From Takakia lepidozioides (taxonomy: Eukaryota > Plantae > Bryophyta), in the NCBI GenBank assembly GCA_030704615.1, contig CM060733.1:47802001-47866000 (forward strand): DNA of 64,000 nt, in the 5' to 3' direction. Under the pieces are notes generated by a model. The model was not told where the DNA came from. It saw only the letters and a list, made by a program, of their open reading frames with translations, and did not search any database. A program made the position numbers and the translations under genes. Positions 41,301-50,725 of this stretch are shown here, in pieces. Within the stretch, counting starts at the first letter, position 1, and each line of letters begins with the position of its first letter.

Positions 41301-42137
41301 CTTCAGTGCGTGTTCGATGCCAAGCCACACCCTTCCCGTTCTGATTCAGCAGGAGAGATGAAAATTGTTAATGAGGGTTGGCTTTCGATGATGCAGAGTC
41401 GAAAGAGAGGATACACTGGGGTGCCATCCCCTACCTGGGACAATATAATCTCATTCCTCAATCTGGTGAGAATTCCAGTTTCTTTCCTTTTTCTCTGAAT
41501 GTTTCGTTGGCAGTATTTCAGTCTCGTTCTTTGAAAACATTCTTGCCATCGTTCTTATAAAAAACATGTCTGTTGCAGGTGAGCACAGGTCCCACCTTCG
41601 TGTGCGGTGTGCAGAAAACTTATGCGGCCGACATTGTCATTCTCGACATCCCGGATGGCCAGGCTGTGCCAGAAGTTCTTCCAAAGGGCAAGACGCCAGG
41701 CTGGAACAAAAATTCGAGGACAACTACTGGAGTTGGGTATTCGGGTTCTGTAACAATTTCCTCTCTGATGCAGGGACACTTCTGCTTTTTCAGTCATGTG
41801 ACAATGATAGTCGTCGGGCATTGGCATCATACCTCAAGTCTTCAGGGTTTGAAGTTTTGCGCACATGGAATTGTGTGAACAGCCTCTACCTTGTGAAAGG
41901 GGGTTTCCCTGGTCAGCTGGTATGCCGTCAGCCTTCTGCTTGTGCTTTGATCATGAGTTTCAATTTTCTCTGCAGCTCCACTCTAGTAGAATGTTTATGA
42001 TCGACACCGATCATCAACGATTCATGGTTTTTTTGTGTCAGAGTTCTGAATAGCCGATGTACACACTTCCACTTTAGATTGTGTTTACCACACTAACCTG
42101 CTATCTTTGGCAGACGAGGATGTTCGAGGCGATCTGC
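38365..42137. pseudogene. Paralog B of the ParB-like/beta-MTase gene: ParB exon inverted (38852-38365, minus) and remaining exons on plus (~39120-42137)
   Basis: RMISMSVVRPPLSHDITKL...GYRLGAQVFYV...MFYVWD; IVDPGLGPEFL; SDLVFDNWLHKATFWSQ; LKDWSPSHFRDCGWYLDCP; ADIVILDIPDG (DIPD at 41645-41656); TRMFEAIC. All are collinear with paralog A, with shared intron positions. Confidence 0.75.
39951..40670. repeat. Six intronic palindromes TGAATG(T/G)CGT-TG-ACG(A/C)CATTCA
   Basis: Copies start at 39951, 40070, 40277, 40383, 40543 and 40649 (three pairs), within intron 39870-40810; degenerate copies near 38890 and 39017. Confidence 0.9.
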
Positions 42138-43869
42138 CTATGCATACAAAGTCATGCCCTTTGGACTTTGCAATGCACTAGCAACCTTTCAGAGAGTGAT
42201 AAGTGAATCTTTTCATGAGTATCTGGATGATTTCATGCAGGTGTTCTTGGATGATTTCAGTGTGTACAGCTCTATGAATGAGCACTTGCATAAATTGGAG
42301 TTATGTCTGGCCAGATGCAGAATGAGAGGTCTGGGCCTGAATCCAGAGAAGAGTACTTTCTGTGTGAACTCAGGGGTGCTGTTGGGACACATTGTGTGCA
42401 AGAAGGGACTTCTTGTGGATCCCAGAAAGACAGAGGCCATTAAAGCCTCTCCACCCCCAGTAAATGCTAAGAGTCTAAGGAGATTCCTGGGACAAACCAG
42501 CTATTACAGAAGATTTGTCAGACGGTATGCACAGATAGCAGCACCATTGAGCAAACTTCTGAAGAAAGATGCAGTGTTTGCATGGACACCCTGAATGTCA
42601 ACAGGCTTTGAGGAACTTACATTGTCAGTAACAACTACACCTGTGCTAATTAATCCTCACTGGCAGGAAATATTTCATGTTCACTGTGATGCTTCAGGAA
42701 AGCACTGGGAGCAGTGGTTAGTGTTAGCCCAAAATGTTACAGGAATGATAGATTCACCTGTGTACTATGCTAGCCGATTGATGAACAATGCTGAAAGAAA
42801 TTATAGCACAACGGAAAGAGAAGCATTGGCAATGATCTATGCAGTGAAGAAATTCAGGCATTACCTGTTGGGCAAGAAGTTTATGTTTTATGTGGATCAC
42901 CAGGCTCTGATATACCTGGTAAATAAACCTCTTATAAGCGGAAGAATAGCAAGATGTTGATAATCTTGCACGAGTTTGAGTTCGAGGTTGTTACAAGCCT
43001 GGGAGGCTGCATCTTGTGGCGGATCACTTGTCACGGTTATCAACAGGATAACCAGCCACGGGAGTAGATGATCAATTACCAGATGCGAGTCTATTTGCAG
43101 TGGAGGTGCAGGGAAGTGTAGATGACTGGTTAGATTGGCAGTGGCCAATCAGATACTACCTTGCTCGTGGTCAGTGCCCACCAAGTTATGGAAAAAGAGC
43201 AGAGAAGAGAATTGCTATCAAGGCTCTACCTTATACTATGGTAGGGGGCAGAATGTATAAGCTAGGACCAGATGGAGTGCTGAAGCGATGCTTGTACCAC
43301 CATGAAGTAAATAAAGTTTTGGAGGAAGTTCATAAAGGAGTGGCTGGAGGTCATTTTGGAGAAGAGACTACCAGTAGGAAGATACTACTGGCAGGTTACT
43401 GGTGGCCTACTTTGTTCAAAAGATGTACACAAGTATTGTCAGAGTTGTGATGAATGTCAGAGGCAAGGACCTTTGCAGAGATCTAGGAAGATGGCTTTGC
43501 ATCCTACAATGCCTACGGAACCATTTCAGAAATGGGGACTAGACTTTGTGGACCAATATTAACCCACAAGCCAGAATACACAGAACAGGTACATAATTAA
43601 GCCACTGATTATACTACGAAGTGGGTGGAAGCTAAAGCTTGAGGGACAACACAGCCAAGTCCACAACAAGGTTCCTGTATGAGAACATACTTACACAATT
43701 TGGTTGTCCCTTGGAATTTATCAGTGATTAGGGAAGTCACTTCATTAATGAGACCATTGAATTATTGACTAAAGAGTTCATGATTGTGCATAGGAAGAGT
43801 ACAACATATTACCCACAGGGTATCTACCAACAAAATACTATGTACTATCTTGGCTAAGATAGTCAATGT

Positions 43870-44059
43870 TGTCGTGCGCATACATATCGCTACACAACTA
43901 CATCGCTGTCCAAAACCCACACAACACATGTGCACACCCACACACTAGTATACCACTAGTCTACCACTAGTCCAGCCACTAGTCCAACCACTAGGCTACA
44001 ACTAGTCAGTCACTAGGCTGCCACTCCGCTGCCCACTATGGCAGTCACTAGTCCACACA
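43870..44059 (-). repeat. Extra copy of LTR block A beyond the 3' LTR
   Basis: Matches 44388-44573 apart from a few small differences, mostly indels; joined to the 3' LTR as CA-t-TG. Confidence 0.9.
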
Positions 44060-44060
44060 A

Positions 44061-44573
44061 TGATAAAGAAGAAGAATACAAGCACAAGCTCATGCGAGCT
44101 CACAAAGCTGAAGCATAAACTCATGCATATATAACCTCATCACTCAAATACAAGTCAAGCCAAGTGCACCCCACGCCATGGGGAATCCACACTACGGCGC
44201 CATAGCTAGGCGCGGTGAGGCTCAACTCGAGAAAGATGAGCCTCCCGCGCTTGCCGTGAAGATAACCACTCCAGGGCCTAAATCTGCCTTGACCCCTGGA
44301 TTGACACTTGGGCCAATCCCAAATGTCAATATGTAAAGCTAGCTATTTCCTAGCTAGTTTCACACTAGTGGTAAATAACTTGACAGCTGTCGTGCGCATA
44401 CATATCGCTACACAACTACATCGCTGTCCAAAACCACACAACACATGTGCACACCACACACTAGTATACCACAGTCTACCACTAGTCTACCACTAGTCCA
44501 ACCACTAGGCTACAACTAGTCAGTCACTAGGCTGCCACTCCGCTGCCCACTATGGCAGTCACTAGTCCACACA
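44061..44573 (-). repeat. Complete 3' LTR (513 bp; block A 44573-44388, GC, block B 44385-44061)
   Basis: On the minus strand begins TGTGTGG right after the PPT and ends TTTATCA. Confidence 0.85.
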
Positions 44574-44586
44574 ATCGCCCCCCTTA
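44574..44586 (-). promoter_or_regulatory. Polypurine tract (AAGGGGGGCGAT)
   Basis: Purine run immediately 5' of the TG that starts the 3' LTR on the minus strand. Confidence 0.8.
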
Positions 44587-44833
44587 GCTGGTGCTTAGGT
44601 CCCTCTAAGTCCAGGTAGCCACAAGATGTGATAGTGACCATAGCCTCACTAAGTCCTCCACCACTATCCCTACTACACTCAACTCGATAGATCAAGAGGC
44701 CGGGTGCAAGAGTTGCCCCATCATTAGTCGCCGTCTTTGCAACCTGTGAACTTGAGCTTGGATCTCATGTATTGACTCCTATGAGCTTGGCCTCCCATGT
44801 CTTGTTAGCTGCCTCCAGTCATGTCCACTGCCA

Positions 44834-47800
44834 CTATCCCAAGCAGTGTGGACACAACCAATCTCCGTCAGGAACCTTCTCAAGAGGTGGTGTCAAGCAT
44901 CCCATATGCCAACCCCTTGAGCATCGATCACACACCAGCATGGTGGCTGCCCCTTTGGCAGACCCACAGAGCATGCACCTCAAACCTGCAGGTACCACTG
45001 CCAAGTTTGGGTCAACTCTGCCATCGACATTGGGAAGGTGACATGGCGCACAATTACGCACATGGTCCTTCCAAGTCATGCCATCCCGACCCTCCAAGAT
45101 CAGGACCCCTGAGGGCAACACCTCTCGAACCCTCAGAATAACACGCCCTGCAGTAACATCCAGAGTCGTAGGAGCAGTCTGCTGCAAATAAACATAGTCA
45201 CCAGGGCTAAACCTCCGAACCCCAGGACGATATCCTCCACCACGTATAGTGGCATACCTCAACGTATCACGGTGCTGTGCAATGGCAAGGTTCTCAAAAG
45301 CCATGGGCATGACTTTCTTGAACAACTCTGCACGCTGATCACATGCACGTACCCACACGTCCGGATCGTCAAGGTTAAGGACTTGAGCAGTGTCCCTACG
45401 AATGGCTGCAGGCAAATCCGGCTCTCGGCCAAAGAGAAGGAAATATGGTGAGAAGGAGGCAAGTGATGCTTGTTTGCTGAACCTGTAGCCCATGGCTAAC
45501 CAAGGAACCTGAAGATCCCAATCTCCTAGGTGTCCCTTCTGCAAGCCATACTTGCGCAAACCCCTCTTCACCGTCTGAACAACTCTCTCTGCTAAGCCAT
45601 CGGCCTCAGGATGATCCCGAGAAGTGGTGCGGTGGTCTATCAAGGCTTTATCACACAAAGCCTGAAACTCCCCCAAGAACTCTCTCCCTTGGTCCGTGAG
45701 TACCTCAGCTGGAGCACCAAATCGGCTAAGCACACGATCCAAGAATGCATACGCAGCCCCCTCACTAGCCTTGTCAGGCAATGGAACCAACTCAATCCAC
45801 TTGGAGAAGTGCTCCACCATCACCAACACATATCTGTGGTGGCGCATAGTCAGTGGCAACGGTCCTGCGAAGTCAAGACTCCACCTGTAGCCCAATCCCA
45901 TGATAGGTAAAGGATGCAACTGTGGTGTAGGGGCGTTGAATGAAGCACGCACCCTGTCACACACCATGCACCTAGCCACAAACTGTTGCACCTCTGTATG
46001 CATACCACGCCACCAATACTGCCCCTGCAGTAAACTGTGAGTGCGTCGCACTCCAAAATGCCCCAACTCCTCATGGGCATGCCGCACTAACCGTGCACGC
46101 TGTGTGGGGTGAGGCACAATCCTCACCCGACCATCCTCCCACACTCGAAGTAGGTGTATCCCCTCCCACTTGAACCTCTTGGCTCGTTGCAGGATCCGAT
46201 CCCTCTCCCTGGCAGTCACAATGGCTGCCGTGTCTCCCGTGCGGAGGTAGTCCAACACAGCCGAATCCTCATGTATATCTCTGGCACCACCTAGCTCATC
46301 ACTAGCCTCAGGGTCCTCAGACACTCCGTCTACAGTCATCCCTGTTGTAGGTCCAATCTGACCTCCCGATGCCAAGATACACAAAAATGCAGATGCGTGC
46401 CATCCCGGCACCATCTCCTCGTCCGTCTCACCATGCCACCGAGCTCCAGTGTCATCCTGCTGGCTCATGCATGGATTGCGACTCAATCCATCCGCATCCC
46501 GATTGACCAAACCCGGTCGATGCACAACCTGAAAGTCATACTCCTGGAGTATAAGTGCCCACCGTGCAAGCTTCCCTGTAAGCTTGTCTGACTCCATCAA
46601 CCACTTGAGTGGCTGGTGATCCGTGACAAGGGTGAAAAGATTGCCGTATAGATAGCACCTGAAGTGTGCCACGGCCCACACTGCAGCTAAGCACTCTCCC
46701 TCATATGAGCTGTACTTAGCCTCTGCAGCGTTGTTCGAGCGGCTAGCGTAAGCCACTACGAACTCTCTTCCCTCATCATCCACCTGTGTGAGCACCGCTC
46801 CAAGCCCCAGCATGCTCCAATCCGTATGCAGCTGAAAGGGACGCCCCCTGATAGGTCGTCTCAAGATAGGCGCCGAGGTCAACCTCGCCTTGAGCTCTTG
46901 AAAAGCTCGTTCCTGCTCATCTTCCCACTGCCACTCCTGGTCCACCTTGGTCAGCTTGGTTAGAGCCTTTGCAATGGTACTAAATCCCTTGACAAACCGT
47001 CTATAATAGTTTGCCAACCCCATGAAAGCTCGAACTCGGCTCACATCCGTGGGGCGTGGAATTTGTGCAATGGCCTCTACCTTAGTCTGCTGTACCCCCA
47101 ATCCTCCAGGATATATCATGTGACCCAGATACTCAATCTGGTTGTGGAAAAACTTGCACTTCCCCGGATGCAACTTCAATCCGTGCGCTCTCAAGCGCTC
47201 CAATACCACCTGAAGGTGTCTCTCATGCTCCTCCATCGTAACACTAAAGATGATGATGTCATCTATGTAGCACCGAGCAAAGTCCACCCCTGCTAGAATC
47301 CTATCCATGACTCTCTGAAACTCTGCAGGAGCATTCTTAAGCCCAAATGGTAAGAACCGCCACTGATATAGGCAATCCTTGCCGTGCTCATTGATCCCCC
47401 AGAATGCCGTCTTCTGCTTGTCCGCCTCCTTGATTGGCAACTGGTGATATCCGGATCGTAAATCCAAAGTGCTAAAGGCCTTAGCATGCCCGATGGCATC
47501 AAAGATCTCCTCTGGTGTTGGCATGGCATACTTATCGGACTTGGTCTGACGATTTACAGGCCGGTAATCACCGCACATACGTCTCTCCGTCCAATTGCCA
47601 TAGACATCCTTCTTGGCTGGCATCACTGTGGCTGAAGCATACTCTCCACCAGAGAGCTCCACCAAACCTGCCTCCCAGAGATCTTGAGTCCTCATCTGAA
47701 TCAAAGACCTCTCCATGTCACTGTATCTATAGGGTCTCCGAAAGATTGGCGTGTCAGTGGCCAACTCAATACGGATCTCTTGACCCTTCAGTGCTCCCAA

Positions 47801-47968
47801 GTCCTTCAAACTGAAGGCAAAGCAATTCCTGTAAGCCCTCAGGAACCGCCGTATACGTCGTCTCTCTCCTCCGGTGACAATGGGTCCAATGTCAGGCTCC
47901 CAATTGTCCTCCGTAACTACAACCTTAAGTCCAGTGGGCTTAGAGGTAGAGGACGCGTCCCGTGGTTG
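44834..47968 (-). CDS. pol: RT - RNase H - integrase - PHD finger (in frame with the upstream ORF across one TAG)
   Basis: RMCGDYR, LDLRSGYHQ, LPFGLKNAP, YIDD (47269-47258), HTDWS...YSSYEGEC, TDHQPL, HHCC zinc motif, D-D-E (SLDF, LTDQG, LAERV), C-terminal C4HC3 CMLC..CDRCSRGWHMGC..WLCPHC. Confidence 0.96.
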   Translation of the reverse strand, partial: QPRDASSTSKPTGLKVVVTEDNWEPDIGPIVTGGERRRIRRFLRAYRNCFAFSLKDLGALKGQEIRIELATDTPIFRRPYRYSDMERSLIQMRTQDLWEAGLVELSGGEYASATVMPAKKDVYGNWTERRMCGDYRPVNRQTKSDKYAMPTPEEIFDAIGHAKAFSTLDLRSGYHQLPIKEADKQKTAFWGINEHGKDCLYQWRFLPFGLKNAPAEFQRVMDRILAGVDFARCYIDDIIIFSVTMEEHERHLQVVLERLRAHGLKLHPGKCKFFHNQIEYLGHMIYPGGLGVQQTKVEAIAQIPRPTDVSRVRAFMGLANYYRRFVKGFSTIAKALTKLTKVDQEWQWEDEQERAFQELKARLTSAPILRRPIRGRPFQLHTDWSMLGLGAVLTQVDDEGREFVVAYASRSNNAAEAKYSSYEGECLAAVWAVAHFRCYLYGNLFTLVTDHQPLKWLMESDKLTGKLARWALILQEYDFQVVHRPGLVNRDADGLSRNPCMSQQDDTGARWHGETDEEMVPGWHASAFLCILASGGQIGPTTGMTVDGVSEDPEASDELGGARDIHEDSAVLDYLRTGDTAAIVTARERDRILQRAKRFKWEGIHLLRVWEDGRVRIVPHPTQRARLVRHAHEELGHFGVRRTHSLLQGQYWWRGMHTEVQQFVARCMVCDRVRASFNAPTPQLHPLPIMGLGYRWSLDFAGPLPLTMRHHRYVLVMVEHFSKWIELVPLPDKASEGAAYAFLDRVLSRFGAPAEVLTDQGREFLGEFQALCDKALIDHRTTSRDHPEADGLAERVVQTVKRGLRKYGLQKGHLGDWDLQVPWLAMGYRFSKQASLASFSPYFLLFGREPDLPAAIRRDTAQVLNLDDPDVWVRACDQRAELFKKVMPMAFENLAIAQHRDTLRYATIRGGGYRPGVRRFSPGDYVYLQQTAPTTLDVTAGRVILRVREVLPSGVLILEGRDGMTWKDHVRNCAPCHLPNVDGRVDPNLAVVPAGLRCMLCGSAKGAATMLVCDRCSRGWHMGCLTPPLEKVPDGDWLCPHCLG

Positions 47969-50725
47969 CTATGCTGCAACCTCTTGAGCAGTACTCCCTA
48001 CCTGCTCAGTCAATGACAAGGCATCATCCTGCCCCATCATCTCATCCTTGAGGACCTCCTCAACTCGAGAAGAATCCCCAACCTCATCCATCACAGCCGC
48101 CTTGGCTGCCAACTCCCTCTGAACCTCGAGCACCTCCCACGTGTGCCATGGATGCATGCACCCCGTGGTCCTCATATGCTCGCCCCCACTCACTGCCTGT
48201 ACCGTCTCGGTAGGCAGAGAGACCATTGAGGGAAGTGTATTCCGCACTCTGCGTTGCTCAGCTAGAGCCAAGCTGATAATCCAGGTCAAGCAATTGAGAT
48301 CCATTGCTTGCCCCAACACTTGACGACGTGATGCCTCAGAAAGAGACGACACCGCCGTGGTACCAGTGGTAAAACCCATTGCCCGCTCACGCTCGTCAGC
48401 ATTAGGCTCCACTAACTGCTGCAACTGAGCATCCCACAGGAGGCCAGGTCCACTATCCCGGAAAGCATGCGATCCTGGGAAGCTGAGCAGTGTAGGTAAT
48501 GCTGCTCGTGGTTGACCCACCTTGTTGACCACTGCCAAAGGCGAACGGTCATCGTGTCTCACACGTTGAGACTGCCTCCCTGTGTCCAGAATGTTATCCA
48601 CTGTGAGATGTGCTGGCCGCTGCACCCCATCAAATGCACGCTTGAGCAGTGCGGGTGGCATCATGTTAGTCCACCATAGCCGTGGACGATGAGCCCGTGA
48701 CCCCACTGTAGCTGCATCTAGCAACACTGCTGACCCAAGCCACGACCGGACTTGATGCACACTGGCCATCACCCTGGCCCGAGAATCGCCCATCAGTGGC
48801 ACATTCTCCAAGATGTATGCTGGAGATACAGCTTGATGAAGCTGCAAGTGGCGCAAAACCCGCACCATCTCCCAAAACAGACCCGACCTCGAGTCTCGCA
48901 ATCCATTGCCATGCCCGGCTGATGAATGCCCTTGGCAGGGCCAACCTGCCACTACCAGATCAATGGAGCCAACCCGCTCCAAATCCTGCGCCCCCAGCAA
49001 CGAAATGTCTGCTGGCAAGGCCTGCTGATATCCACGAATTGCAGACACCGACAACAACTCAGGGTACCGCTGCACCAACTGAGCAACATGGCGAAGTGAA
49101 ACGCGTCGTGCAGTCTCATCCCTCTCCACATACAGGTAACGCCGAACTCGTACACCTGCCTGTAACACAGCAGCCAATCCGGTGCTGATCCCGCCAAACA
49201 AGTCCAGAAGACAAATGCCTTCATCCGGAGACTGCCACACAATAGGTGTGGTGTCCAATGGAGACAATTGAGGTGGTCCTGGTGCAATCCCCACACTCTC
49301 CTCCTCTCCTGACGGTACAAAAGCCTCCACCCAGGCTTGTTGCACCCGTCGATCAGCATCCCGCTGCAAATCCTTGCTCGTGCCCCACAATGGAGTCTGA
49401 GCAACCATGGTAGGCAACTCCGCCATACCATACATGTCATCCTGCTCTCCCGGAGGTGGTACATCCTCTGAATGAGCATTGCCCTCAAGCAACTCTCTAG
49501 GCCAACTCACTGCCGCTGTGAATGCTGCTAGTGTCGGCATCTTGCCTCGCTGGGCAACCGCAACTCCTCCTATGAACGTCACAGGGAGCTGCACACGCCG
49601 GCCCTCCCCTGACTGCCATGCAGGCCTATAGGAAGCTGACTCCTCCCAAAAATCCAGGGTGAAGCCCATGGGGTACAACACTGCCCCACCAACCAGGACA
49701 TCGTATGAGACTGCGTCTGTCACAATGGCCTTGGCTCGCATCACTGAGCCATCTGTAGGGTGATCCGGCCGTAGTCTGATAGCCAACTCACGCCGTGTCA
49801 TGCCCCGAGCCTGCTCCGATCCTCCCAGAGACGTCTGTATCTGGAAAGGACAAGGCTCCATATCCGCCTCCGTGAGGCCCAAGCCTGCAATAGCAGCTCT
49901 GCCCAGCATCAATGGCTGAGCTCCCGAGTCCAACAAGACTCGCAGTGGCCGGTACCTCTTGCCTGCCGGTCCACTCAAACAGAAAATGCCATCCTGGTTG
50001 TCTAACATGACAACTCCAGGTGTCACCATGGCGCGCTCAATGGCTGGCCTAGCTGGCAGCTCCATCAACCTGGCAGCTGCAGCTTGCCATGGCGCCGCCG
50101 TGGCAGTCTTGACCCTCAAATCCGAGGATCCCTCCGGCACTACACCTCCCACTATCTCCGCAGAAGATGAAGTAACCTCCCCACTCTCACAGAGTGTAGC
50201 TGCCAGCCTGAACACCTCAGCTGGTCTTACCCCCGGCGTCGCAATCATGGTAGCCGAGAACAATGGAGCCTGGCACACAGATGTGGCCGCTCCTAGCAGC
50301 ACACTAGCTGCCGTAGCCTTGGCAACACTAGGTAGTGGTGCTACCCGTGTAGCTCTCCCCAATGGCATAGTGACCTCCGCCTCGGTAACAGTCGGGCGAG
50401 AACTAGGTGCCATGGATGGCGTCGACACTGTCTCCGCCAATGTGAATGACTGAGGAAGCCTAGCCTGACGGCTTGCCTCCCCACGCTGTGGATCCAACTC
50501 CACCTCTGCACCTCGTGGCTCAGGAACTCGTGCTGCTCCTCGAGTCACGGCTGCAGCAGACTCCACCTGCACTAGTGGTAGTGCTGCTCCACACATGAAT
50601 CCCATGCCTCCCATATCTCCTCCCTCAGGAGCAGGAGGTGGACCATCCGGCCTTAGAGCCGGTACCACCTGAGCTGTAGCCATGGCAGCGAGCCTCTGCT
50701 CTAGCTGCTGAAGCCGGTTGGCCAT
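47969..50725 (-). CDS. Aspartic protease + DNMT3-like C5 cytosine methyltransferase
   Basis: Protease VLLDSGA (~49930) and YDVLVG. MTase motifs in canonical order at ~49220-48260: I LDLFGGIS, II YVERD, IV DLVVAGWPCQG, VI ILENV, VIII AHRPRLWWTN, IX ERERAMGF, X RRQVLGQAM. Confidence 0.93.
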   Translation of the reverse strand: MANRLQQLEQRLAAMATAQVVPALRPDGPPPAPEGGDMGGMGFMCGAALPLVQVESAAAVTRGAARVPEPRGAEVELDPQRGEASRQARLPQSFTLAETVSTPSMAPSSRPTVTEAEVTMPLGRATRVAPLPSVAKATAASVLLGAATSVCQAPLFSATMIATPGVRPAEVFRLAATLCESGEVTSSSAEIVGGVVPEGSSDLRVKTATAAPWQAAAARLMELPARPAIERAMVTPGVVMLDNQDGIFCLSGPAGKRYRPLRVLLDSGAQPLMLGRAAIAGLGLTEADMEPCPFQIQTSLGGSEQARGMTRRELAIRLRPDHPTDGSVMRAKAIVTDAVSYDVLVGGAVLYPMGFTLDFWEESASYRPAWQSGEGRRVQLPVTFIGGVAVAQRGKMPTLAAFTAAVSWPRELLEGNAHSEDVPPPGEQDDMYGMAELPTMVAQTPLWGTSKDLQRDADRRVQQAWVEAFVPSGEEESVGIAPGPPQLSPLDTTPIVWQSPDEGICLLDLFGGISTGLAAVLQAGVRVRRYLYVERDETARRVSLRHVAQLVQRYPELLSVSAIRGYQQALPADISLLGAQDLERVGSIDLVVAGWPCQGHSSAGHGNGLRDSRSGLFWEMVRVLRHLQLHQAVSPAYILENVPLMGDSRARVMASVHQVRSWLGSAVLLDAATVGSRAHRPRLWWTNMMPPALLKRAFDGVQRPAHLTVDNILDTGRQSQRVRHDDRSPLAVVNKVGQPRAALPTLLSFPGSHAFRDSGPGLLWDAQLQQLVEPNADERERAMGFTTGTTAVSSLSEASRRQVLGQAMDLNCLTWIISLALAEQRRVRNTLPSMVSLPTETVQAVSGGEHMRTTGCMHPWHTWEVLEVQRELAAKAAVMDEVGDSSRVEEVLKDEMMGQDDALSLTEQVGSTAQEVAA

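Noticed and set aside
48260-49220. Host DRM2/CMT/MET1 gene
   Set aside because: Intronless, in frame with retroviral protease and RT, canonical motif order, and no UBA/BAH/chromo domains.
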